This document shows positions 23,140 to 32,000 of a DNA stretch of 32,000 nucleotides, piece after piece. Under the pieces are notes generated by a model, which saw only the letters and a program-made list of their open reading frames with translations, did no database searches and had not been told where the DNA came from. A program made the translations under genes and the position numbers. This DNA comes from Deinococcus radiodurans R1 = ATCC 13939 = DSM 20539 (lineage in GTDB: Bacteria > Deinococcota > Deinococci > Deinococcales > Deinococcaceae), in the NCBI RefSeq assembly GCF_000008565.1, contig NC_001264.1:288347-320346 (forward strand), in the 5' to 3' direction. Positions within the stretch are counted from its first letter, which is position 1. Every line of letters starts with the position of its first letter.

Positions 23140-23300
23140 TGTCCCCTTTGGGGATAGGGGTTTGGGGTTAGGGTCAAAAGCTGAAGCTTACGCCTCACCT
23201 AGAGCATTTGACAGAAAAAGACACCCTCACCCCTAGCTGCGCGAGGCCCTCTCCCCTGGGTAGAGGGTCAAACAGCGCAAGGCAACTCTTTTATCAGACG
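23140..23300 (-). repeat. Small noncoding repeat, copy B (inverted relative to copy A)
   Basis: 23212-23233 is the exact reverse complement of 3872-3893. 23198-23276 aligns with the reverse complement of 3805-3909, except for a ~27-nt internal deletion. 23143-23180 is related to the reverse complement of 3965-3992. Confidence 0.7.
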
Positions 23301-23307
23301 CACCAAA

Positions 23308-24716
23308 TCAGTTCAGCGTCCGCCCCCCCGCACTCCCCATCAACGCCTGCGCCCGGCTGAGGTGGTCCTGAAGCGTTACATACCAGTCGTCACTTTCCGG
23401 CGTGTGCTCCAGCGCCTGCTGCGCGTGGGCGTAGGCAGCGGCGGGGTCGGGAAAGCCCTGCTGCGCCATCACGTCGGCGGCCATCTGGTGTCCCAGCACC
23501 CAGTCGCGGCTGCCGTGGACGGCCTCACGCACGACCCGCTCGTAGTGGTCGAGGGCGTCGTCGAGGTGGTAGTAGTCGAGCGCCACGTTGCCCAGCACCA
23601 CGCTCGCCGGCACCACCGCGCCCTGGTTGAGGGCCTGTTCGGCGGCGAGCTGCGCTTCGGGCAAGCGGCCCAGGCGGTAGTCGCACTCGGCGATGTCGGC
23701 GAGCACCTCGGGGTGAAAAGGATAGTCGGGAACGAGCAGCACTTCCTCGAGCTTCTCGCGGGCTTCAAGGGGGCGGTCGAGGTCGAGCAACGCCACCCCG
23801 AGTTCATGGTTGGCGTAGGGCCGGTCGGGGTCGGTGGCGCGGGCGAGGGCTTGTCCGAACGCTTCCAGTGCCTCTTCGAGTTGTCCCAGGTGACTTAGCA
23901 CCTGCCCCTGCACGAGCGCCACGCCGTAGCTCGGGTCGCCGGAGAGCCCTTCCAGGCGGGCGGCCTCGCGGATGTCGTCCTGCGCGGCTTCGGGCTGACC
24001 GAGGTTGAGCCGCACCTGCGCCATCAGGTAATGCCAGGTGGCGAGGTTGAGGCCCTCGTCGTTGGGGTCGGTGCCCGGACGCGGCCCGGTATATAGCGTC
24101 CGCGCCCGCTCCAGCACCTGCCGGGCTTCCTCGAAATCGCCCTGTTGCAGCAGCAGCGCGGCCTGTTCCTGAAGCATCACGGCGCGGTTAAGCCCGGCGG
24201 CGAGGTGCGCGGCCTCGGCGTAGAGCAGCGTCGCCTCGGCACTCTGGCCCAGGGCTTCTTGCGCGTCGGCCTGCCAGGAACGCAGGCGCCAGCGCAGGTG
24301 CTCGGGCAGCTCAGCGGCGGGCAGCGCCACGTCCAGCGCCTCCTGGGGCCGCCCGGCCAGCGCCACGCGCACAGCGCGTGGTAGCGCACCAGCGGGTCGG
24401 GGTCGGCAGCGAGTTCAGGGGCCAGAGTCACCTCGCCCTGCGCCCGCGCCGTGAGTTCGGCTTCCAGGGCGCGGGCGAGTGGCGCGGAGCGCAGCGCGGG
24501 GGCCGCCGCGTAGGCCTGATTCAGCGCGCGGCGCACGTCGGGCTGCGCCGGGTCGCCGTAGAGCGAGTGCAGGTGGGCCAGCCGCAGCGCCAGCTCGCCC
24601 CGCACTGGGGGAGCGGCCTCGCGCATGGCCTGTTCCAGAGTGTCGAACGCAACCGCATAGTCGTCGCTGGACAGGGCTTCTTTGACCTGTTCCCAGGTGG
24701 CATCGACAGAAATCAT
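23308..24716 (-). pseudogene. TPR-repeat protein interrupted by one frameshift near 24372-24380
   Basis: ORF 24177..24716 (N-terminal part; becomes Arg/Pro-rich nonsense after ..DPLVRYHAL). ORF 23308..24372 (frame +2) continues [16 protein letters not shown].. with repeated TPR-like A/L/Y/G helix pairs. Confidence 0.7.
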
Positions 24717-24937
24717 CGTTCCGTAGTGTAGCGGGCCGCAGTGGAACCGGGCCGCAACGAAGCAGGGTCAGGCGGCAGGAAAACTTGATGGGAAACTCAA
24801 GCCGCGCCAAAGACGACATGTGAGCGCAGACACGTCAATTAACCTTGAGTCTGGTACACTCAACTTATGGCACCGCCGTGTGCCCCAACTCTGTTCTCTC
24901 CGCTGTTTTCCCCTTTTCGCCTCTGGAGGCACCCCTG

Positions 24938-26812
24938 TTGAAGCGGCTCAATCCCTGGATCATCGTGCTCCTCGTGCTCGGCCTGTTCCTGATGTTCACG
25001 AACCTGCCCGGCAGTGGGCGCTATACCGTCAACTACAACGAATTCAAGTCACTGCTGAACCAGGGCCGCATCGAGCGCGTCACCGTGCGCGAGGACGTGG
25101 CGACCGTGCTGCTCAAGGAGCGCGGCCAAGTCAGCGTCATCACCCCGCAGGGTCAGGCCACCAAGGACGGCGTCGAGAGCCTGATCGTGCGCCTGCCCGG
25201 CAACCAGGCCACGCCTGACTCCGGCCTGATTCCCCAGCTCGAAGCCAAGGGCGTGGACTACCGCTTTGAGGCGCCGAGCCAGTGGTTCGCCATCCTCATC
25301 AACTTCCTGCCGCTCATCTTGCTGTTCGGGATGATGTACTTCTTCTTTGCCCGCTCGCAGGGCGGTCAGGGCGGCGTCATGCAGTTCGGCCAGAGCAAGG
25401 CCAAGAAGTACGGCAAGGAAAACCGCGTGCCCACCAAGTTCACCGACGTGGCCGGGCACGAGGAAGCCAAGCGCGAGCTGATCGAAGTCGTGGACTTCCT
25501 GAAAAACCCGGCCAAGTACCACCAGATCGGCGCCGAGATTCCCAAGGGCGTGCTGCTTGTGGGCCCTCCCGGGACGGGCAAAACGCTGCTCGCCCGCGCT
25601 GTAGCCGGTGAAGCCGACGTGCCCTTCTTCTCGGTGAGCGCCTCGGAATTCATGGAAATGTTCGTGGGCGTGGGCGCCAGCCGTGTGCGCACCCTGTTCG
25701 AGGACGCCCGCAAGAGTGCGCCGGCCATCATCTTCATCGACGAAATCGACTCCATCGGGCGCAAGCGCGGTGCGGGTATCGGCGGCGGGCACGACGAGCG
25801 CGAGCAGACGCTCAACCAAATCCTCTCGGAAATGGACGGCTTCGACAAGTCGAGCAGCGTGATCGTGCTCGGCGCGACCAACCGCCCCGACGTGCTCGAC
25901 CCCGCGCTGCTGCGTCCGGGACGCTTCGACCGTCAGGTGACGATCGACCTGCCCAACCTCAAGGAACGTGAGGCCATCCTCAAGGTGCACCTGCGCAACA
26001 AGCCGCTCGGTGAGGGCGTGGACGTGCCCGAAATCGCCAAGAGCACGCCTTACTTCTCGGGCGCCGACCTCAAGAACATCACCAACGAAGCCGCGCTCGA
26101 AGCCGCCCGCGTGGGCAAGACCAAGATCGATATGAGCGACTTTTACCGGGCGCTCGACAAGATCACCCTGGGCCTGGAAAACAGCTCGCTCACCATCAGC
26201 GAACCCGAAAAGCGCGCCATCGCCTTCCACGAGGCCGGGCACGCCGTGACCGCCGCCGTGATTCCGGGCAGCGACAAGCTGCAAAAGGTCAGCATCATCC
26301 CGCGTGGCCGGGCACTCGGCGCCGCCTTCTATCTGCCCGAAGAGCAAGTGCTGATGAGCAAGGAACGGCTGGAAAACCAGCTCGTCGTGGCACTCGGGGG
26401 CCGCGCCGCCGAAGAAGTCTTCGTGGGCACCATAACGAGCGGGGCCGCCGACGACTTCCGCAAGGCGACCAACATCGCCCGCAAGATGGTGCTGGAATGG
26501 GGCATGGGCGAGAACTTCCGCAACATGGCGCTGCAAACCGACGGCGGCGGTCCGGTGTTCCTCGGCGAGGACATGGGCAAGCCCAAGATGTTCTCCGAGC
26601 ACACCGCGCAACTCGTAGACGAAGATGTCAAGCGCATCCTCGCCGCCGCTTACGAGCGCTCGCGCCAGATCGTCTCCGACTACAAGCAGGCGATGCAGGA
26701 AGTGGCCGACGCCCTGCTCACCCACGAACTCATCACCGGCGACGTGGTGCGCGACGCCGTGGCGCGGGTGGGCGGCCAGTCGGTGGCCGTGGCGCCTGCT
26801 CCGACCGTCTAA
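24938..26812 (+). CDS. ftsH: ATP-dependent zinc metalloprotease FtsH
   Basis: ORF 24845..26812. Walker [19 protein letters not shown], Walker [12 protein letters not shown] region, zinc site [10 protein letters not shown] at 24938 with GGAGG (24925-29) 8 nt upstream is the preferred start, giving [20 protein letters not shown] as TM1. Confidence 0.95.
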   Translation: MKRLNPWIIVLLVLGLFLMFTNLPGSGRYTVNYNEFKSLLNQGRIERVTVREDVATVLLKERGQVSVITPQGQATKDGVESLIVRLPGNQATPDSGLIPQLEAKGVDYRFEAPSQWFAILINFLPLILLFGMMYFFFARSQGGQGGVMQFGQSKAKKYGKENRVPTKFTDVAGHEEAKRELIEVVDFLKNPAKYHQIGAEIPKGVLLVGPPGTGKTLLARAVAGEADVPFFSVSASEFMEMFVGVGASRVRTLFEDARKSAPAIIFIDEIDSIGRKRGAGIGGGHDEREQTLNQILSEMDGFDKSSSVIVLGATNRPDVLDPALLRPGRFDRQVTIDLPNLKEREAILKVHLRNKPLGEGVDVPEIAKSTPYFSGADLKNITNEAALEAARVGKTKIDMSDFYRALDKITLGLENSSLTISEPEKRAIAFHEAGHAVTAAVIPGSDKLQKVSIIPRGRALGAAFYLPEEQVLMSKERLENQLVVALGGRAAEEVFVGTITSGAADDFRKATNIARKMVLEWGMGENFRNMALQTDGGGPVFLGEDMGKPKMFSEHTAQLVDEDVKRILAAAYERSRQIVSDYKQAMQEVADALLTHELITGDVVRDAVARVGGQSVAVAPAPTV

Positions 26813-26831
26813 CCGCTTCTTTCCCGAATGG

Positions 26832-26856
26832 CCCCTCCCCTGCGGAGGGGTTTTTT
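26832..26856 (+). terminator. Rho-independent terminator after ftsH
   Basis: Stem CCCCTCC (26832-38) / GGAGGGG (26844-50) with a 5-nt loop, followed by TTTTTT (26851-56). Confidence 0.75.
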
Positions 26857-26900
26857 GTGCTTGCTTCGCGGGCAAGCCCCCGACCGCCTATGCTCGGGCC

Positions 26901-27734
26901 ATGCCGCAACCGATGAAGCTGGACCCGCTGAGCAACACCTTCAAGCACGCGCTGGCCGGGGGACGGCCCCAGATCGGTTTGTGGCTGGGCTTGGCCGACC
27001 CCTACTGCGCCGAAATCTGCGCTGGGGCGGGCTTCGACTGGCTGCTGATCGACGGCGAGCACGCGCCCAACGATGTCCGCAGCACGCTGGCGCAATTGCA
27101 GGCGCTGGCAGCTTATCCCGTCGCTCCCGTCGTGCGGCCCCCGGTGGGCGACACGCACCTCATCAAGCAGTACCTCGACCTCGGCGTGCAGACGCTGCTC
27201 GTGCCGATGGTGGACACGCCGGAGCAGGCGCGGCAGCTGGTGCAGGCGACCCGCTATCCGCCGCAGGGCATTCGCGGGGTGGGCAGCGCCTTGGCCCGCG
27301 CCTCGCGCTGGAACGCGGTGCCCGACTACCTTACGCGGGCGAACGACGAAATCTGCTTGCTGGTGCAGGTCGAGTCGCGCCTGGGGCTGGAAAATTTGGA
27401 CGAAATTGCAGCGGTAGAAGGCGTAGACGGCGTGTTCATCGGCCCCGCTGACCTCAGCGCCAGCCTGGGGCACCTGGGCCACCCCGGACATCCCGACGTG
27501 GCACAGGCCATTGAGGACGCTCTGCGACGCATTGTGGGTGCGGGCAAGGCGGCGGGCATCCTCAGCGCCGACGAGCGGCTGGCGCGGCATTATCTGGCCC
27601 TCGGCGCGACCTTCGTGGCGGTGGGGGTGGACACCACGTTGCTCGCCCGCGCAGCCCGGACGCTGGCGGCGAGTTTCAAGGACAAAAGCCGTGAGGAGGC
27701 TGAGCCGGAGCCGCAGGGCGGCAGCGTGTATTAA
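26901..27734 (+). CDS. HpcH/HpaI family aldolase (2,4-dihydroxyhept-2-enedioate / 2-keto-3-deoxy-sugar-acid aldolase-like)
   Basis: Internal ATG of ORF 26625..27734. Product: [71 protein letters not shown], typical HpaI/HpcH motifs. Confidence 0.85.
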   Translation: MPQPMKLDPLSNTFKHALAGGRPQIGLWLGLADPYCAEICAGAGFDWLLIDGEHAPNDVRSTLAQLQALAAYPVAPVVRPPVGDTHLIKQYLDLGVQTLLVPMVDTPEQARQLVQATRYPPQGIRGVGSALARASRWNAVPDYLTRANDEICLLVQVESRLGLENLDEIAAVEGVDGVFIGPADLSASLGHLGHPGHPDVAQAIEDALRRIVGAGKAAGILSADERLARHYLALGATFVAVGVDTTLLARAARTLAASFKDKSREEAEPEPQGGSVY

Positions 27735-27792
27735 GCTCCGCTCCATCCCTGACGATCAGCCCGCCCTCAGCCTGGGCACTTAAGCTGTCGTC

Positions 27793-30700
27793 ATGTCAAA
27801 GCTCACCCGCTGGCCGCTGTTGCTGACGCTTCTTCTGGGGACAGCGGGGGCTGACCGCACCGCCGCGCCCGCGCCGCTTTATCCCTCTCCGGCGCTCAGC
27901 GGCCAGCCGACGCTGACCCTCCCGGCAGGCAAACCGCTGAGCGTGGTGGCGAGCCTGCCGGACGACGTGTCCGCCGTGGCCTACGGCGAGGGGCTGTATT
28001 ACGTCCGCACGGGCCTGATTGACCGCCGGGAGCAGGACCCGCTGGCCTTTCGCAGCGATACGCAGAGCTTCATCCCGCCGCAGCAATCTGGCGAGCCGGT
28101 CACTCTCCCCCTGACCTGGGAAGGCCAAGGCACTGCCCCGCGTGACTGGCAGGTGCGGGCCCTGCCGCTGGCCGAGCCGACGCTGGGGCAGCCCGAAGTC
28201 AGGCGGGTCACGGGCAGGCCGGTCACGACGGTGCAGGCGCAGCTCACGCGGCAGTCACAGCGTCAGCGACCGCAGGCGAGGCCCGACTGGGACGCCTGAA
28301 GCCGGGGCTCTACCTCGTCACCGCCTCGCGGCTGGACGCGCCCGCCGCCGTGCTGGGAGCCGTGGTGGTGCGGGTCACCGACCTCAACCTGGTCAGCGTG
28401 GCGACGCCGGGGCGGGTACAGGTCTGGGCCACCCGGTTGGGCAGCGGCGCGCCTGTGCCGAATGTTCAGCTCAGCGCGCTGGCCGTCAAGTACGACTGGC
28501 AAGACGGGAGCCGCGTGGTCAGCCGCCGCACGCTGGCACCCGTTCGCACCGACGCTCAGGGCCTGGCGACTTTTTCTTTACGTGACGGCGAGCAGCTCAG
28601 CGTGCGCGGCCAAGTGACGCTGGGCGGACAGCCCCACAGCGCGCAGCTCGGCAGGACGGAAAACGAATTGTGGACCGGCGTCGCCGAGCGGGCGCGTGCC
28701 CTGATTCAGACCGACAAACCGGTTTACCGCCCCGGTGAGACGCTGCGGGGCTTCGCAGTGCTGCGTCGTCTGGGCGCGGGCACCCGGCTGCCGTACACCG
28801 GGCCGGTCACGGTGCGGCTGCGGGCCGGCTACCCCGACGCCACCCTCGCTCAGCTGACGGTGAAGCCCGATGCCGACGGGCTGGTGCGCTTTTCGCTGCC
28901 GCTGCCGCAGGACGTGAAGATCGGCGGGTATTCGCTGGAAGTCGAGCTGCCCGCCGCGCCGAGCGCCAGCAACCCCAACCCGGAGCCGGACGTGAGCCAG
29001 GTGCCGGTGGAAGTGCGGGCCTTCGTCAAACCGCTGTTTACCCTTGACCTCAGCGGGCCGCAGGAAGTCGTGAGCGGCACCCCCTTGACGCTGAGCGCCC
29101 GCGGCGAGCTGTATCAGGGCGGCCCGGCCAACGTGCAGGCCGAGGCGTTCATGGTGGATGGTTACGCGAGCGACGAACTGTACCCCGACTATGACGCGGG
29201 CGATAACGGGCTGCGGTATCAGGACCTGAACTCCGACGAGGTCTACGGCGAGAACGCGGCACCGGGCATTGACCCCAAGCGCCGGCCCGACCAGACCCTG
29301 ACCCTGCGGGGAGGCCGCGCCACGCTGCCGCTTAAGCTGCAAGCCAAGAACGGTCAGCCTACCCGCTATGCCGTGGCGCTGCGGGCACGCGACGAGTACG
29401 GGCGCGACGTGTGGGCCAGGCGCCCGGTCACGGTGTATCCCGCTGCCATCAAGTTCGTGCAACCCAGGGTGGAGGGCGCTGAGCGCCGCCGCGTCAGCGT
29501 GGCCGTGCAGCAGGTGGGCAGCGGCAAGGCGCTCGCCGGGCGCCGGGTGCAGGCCGAGGTGGTGCGGGTGTTCTACGTCACGCAGCCGGACGGCAAGTCG
29601 GTGCGGCGCGAGCAGCGCATTTCGCAAAGTGTCCTGACCAGCGACGCAGCGGGTCGAGTAACCCTGAACGTCACCCTGACACCGGGACAGGAAGGCGGCT
29701 ATGTGGCTCGGCTCAGCACCCAGGACAGTGCCGGGCGCACCGCGCGGGCCTCGCTGGATATAGGGTCAGTGTATAAATCTGGAGCGGAACGTCAGGCGCC
29801 GACCCTCGTGCTCAGCCCCGAGCGCTCCCGCTACCAACCGGGCGACACGGCGCGGCTGACCCTGAACACCGACCTGCCCGTCGGCACCCCGCTGCTGCTG
29901 AGCGTCAACGCCGAGGACCGGGGGCAGGTCAAACTCATTCAGGTCACTGGGCCGACCATGACGCTGACCTGGCCGGTGACGGCGGCCCTCGGCCCGGCCT
30001 TCAGTGTCAGCGCTGTGGCGGTGCGCGGGGGCCAGACGGCGCAGGCCTTCAGCGGCGAGTTGCTGGTGCCCCGGTTCGACCAACGGCTCGACGTGCAAGT
30101 CACGGCGGGCAGCGAGGTCAAACCCGGCGCCGAGGTCACCTTCACCGTTCGCACGAGTCGCGGTGGGCAGCCAGCCTCCGCTCTGGTCACACTGGCGGCG
30201 GTTCACGAATCGGTGTACGCGGTGGTGGGCGACCCCACGCCGAATCCCTGGCGCTTCCTGTGGGGCGCCACCACGCCGCAGTTCGAAATCCGCTCGTCGT
30301 CCAGTCAGGCTGACGACGGACGCGGCGGGGGCGGCGGCAGCGAAGCCGTCTTTTACCGCAGCGACCTGCGCGAGGTGGCCGCTTTTCAAGCGGTGCGGAC
30401 CGACGCCCAGGGCACCGCGAAGGTGACGGTGCGGATGCCCGAGGGGCTGGGTAGCTACCGCCTGAGCGCGCGGGCTTTCACCCGCACGGGCGCGGCGGGC
30501 GAGGCGCGGGGCGAGCAGCGCGTCGGCCTGCCCTTCGCGGTGCGGCTGATTCGGCCCCGAGTGCTCACGGCGGGCGACACCGGCAGCGTGGCCGTCAGTG
30601 CCGCCGACCGCACCGGCCAGGGCGGCAACGTCACGCTGACGTTGGGGGCGAACGGACAGACCCAAACGGCCAACTCACCGTTGCAAGGCGGCTCGGCCAC

Positions 30701-32000
30701 CCGTCTTTTCAGCATAAAAGCGCCGCAGGACGCACAGGCCCTGACCCTCACCGCCAGTGCCCAACGCGGCGCCAACGGCGAGCGCGACGGCCTGCGCGAA
30801 ACCGTGCCGGTGCGCCCCGCCGGAGCGCGGCAACTGCTGTCGGGGTCCGGATCGGTGGGCGCGGACAAGGCTGGGGGCAACGCCAGCGTCTCGCTGAAGT
30901 GGCCGCAAGAAGCCCAGCCTGAGAGCCTCACCCTCGACCTCGCCGCCACGCCGCTGCAACTGGCGCTCACAGGGCTGGACGCCGCGCTCGCCGACCCTGC
31001 CGACCGCTGGGTCACCACCGACGCGCTGAGCGCCCGGCTGAGCAGCAACCTCGACCTCGCCGCGCTCGCTGGACCCTTCGGCTGGCCCGAGGTGCGCACG
31101 CGGGCGCTGGCCCAGGCCCGGCGCGACCTCGCCAGCCTGCTGGCCCTGCGCGGCAGCGACGGCTGGGGCTGGACCGAAGGCAGCCCGGCGAGCGCCGAGA
31201 TGACCGCCCGCGCCCTCGACGCTCTGGTTCAGGCCAAGGGCGCGGGCCTGACCGACGCAGTCACCCTGCAAGTGGTGCGGCAACAGGCCGAACTGCTGCT
31301 GAAAAAATCGCCTAACTCGCCCGTGCTCGCTGCCGGCTGGCGCGGGCTGGGGCCCCCGCTGCGGCCCTGCGACTGGCCCGCGCCGGGATGAACGACCCCG
31401 CCGAGGCGGCTCGGCTGGCGACGGTGCTCGCCGGCACGCAGCCGCAGCTTGCCGGGGCGCTCTACGACCGCGCTCGCCGGGCCGCCCGCAGCGACAAGGA
31501 CGGCGCCCTGGTGCTGGGCGACTCCGCAAGCTGGCGCGGTGACAGCGAACCTACCGCCTTGCTGCTGGGAGCCGCCGCTCGACTGGGACGCAGCGCCGAC
31601 GTGCCCGCACTCACCCGCGCCGTGCTCGAACGCCGCACGGGGAGCAGTTGGGGTGGCCCGGTGGCGACGGCAGCGGCGGTGCAGGCCCTGCGCACCCTGG
31701 CCGCCCGCGAGGGCACCCCGGCGCTCCGGCAGGTGACGGTCCGCCTCGGCAGCTTTCAGCAGACGCTGACGGTGAGTGCCCCCACCCGCCTACTCATTCC
31801 GGCAGCGAAAGTGCAGCCCGGCGCCCTCAGCGTGCAGAGCAGCGCTCCGCTCGCCTACGCCTGGGAACTGCGGGTGCGGCGCAGCGGCAACGCTCCGCAG
31901 AGCCTCAGTCCGCTGAAAATAGAGCGCCAGTACGACAAGGTAACGGTGAACCGCGATGGCATCGTGACCGTGACGCTTACCCTCAAGACCCCGGTGCGCC
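27793..32000 (+). pseudogene. Bacterial alpha-2-macroglobulin family protein, cysteine-free (no thioester), in three frame pieces; continues past the right edge
   Basis: 27793..28299 has signal peptide MSKLTRWPLLLTLLLGTAGA. 28350..31391 (frame +2, open from about 28250: ..GRLKPGLYLVTASRLDAP..) has MG-domain motifs such as TDKPVYRPGETLRGF. A third piece from 31388 (frame +2 again; my translation MNDPAEAARLATVLAG..SSWGGPVATAAAVQAL..) runs off the window. Confidence 0.8.

Noticed and set aside
24845-24863. TTGAGT-N7-ACTCAA inverted repeat, and a nearby CTTGA-N8-TCAAG (24794-24811), upstream of ftsH
   Set aside because: The arms are only 5-6 bp with different spacings, which is within chance expectation. 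There is no supporting promoter geometry.
25049-26875. 608-aa minus-strand ORF
   Set aside because: Antisense shadow of ftsH; low-complexity Arg/Ala/Gly/His-rich translation.

Overview
High-GC bacterial chromosomal window with about 30 protein-coding genes. I saw no rRNA, tRNA, CRISPR array or transposase. Gene content, gene order and the small intergenic repeats look like Deinococcus radiodurans, probably the chromosome II stretch around aceB, a subtilase and ftsH; this is recognition from memory and cannot be verified here. Left to right: the tail of an ECF transporter (T component plus an ATPase fragment); adenine deaminase; an NAD-salvage cluster (niaP-like MFS, pncB, nadM with a degenerate Nudix domain); a Tat-exported flavin amine-oxidase-family enzyme with a membrane-tethered cytochrome c; malic enzyme and malate synthase A; a small lipoprotein; an HrtBA-like MacB-type ABC exporter; a large lipoprotein and a lipoprotein subtilase (S8 with PPC domain); pxpABC (5-oxoprolinase); a GT2 glycosyltransferase; a TPR protein; ftsH; an HpcH/HpaI aldolase; and a cysteine-free (thioester-less) alpha-2-macroglobulin. 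Main observations: (1) a 34-nt pUC18/19-type polylinker at 626-659 joins two truncated genes, which indicates a vector/assembly artefact or an engineered scar. (2) There are six reading-frame breaks in five genes, and every one is repaired by adding a single base. That pattern suggests base-calling omissions rather than gene decay. (3) The amine-oxidase-family flavoenzyme and the tethered cytochrome c form a pair resembling a NicA2/CycN-type dehydrogenase system with unknown substrate. (4) Three copies of one MITE-like small noncoding repeat each begin shortly after a stop codon (15 and 11 nt for copies A and C; within about 30 nt for copy B, whose end is less well defined), all in the same orientation relative to transcription. 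(5) A perfect 18-bp x3 tandem repeat sits where the Nudix box of the nadM-fused domain should be. I found no convincing defence island or mobile genetic element; most of the window is housekeeping or accessory metabolism and envelope functions.
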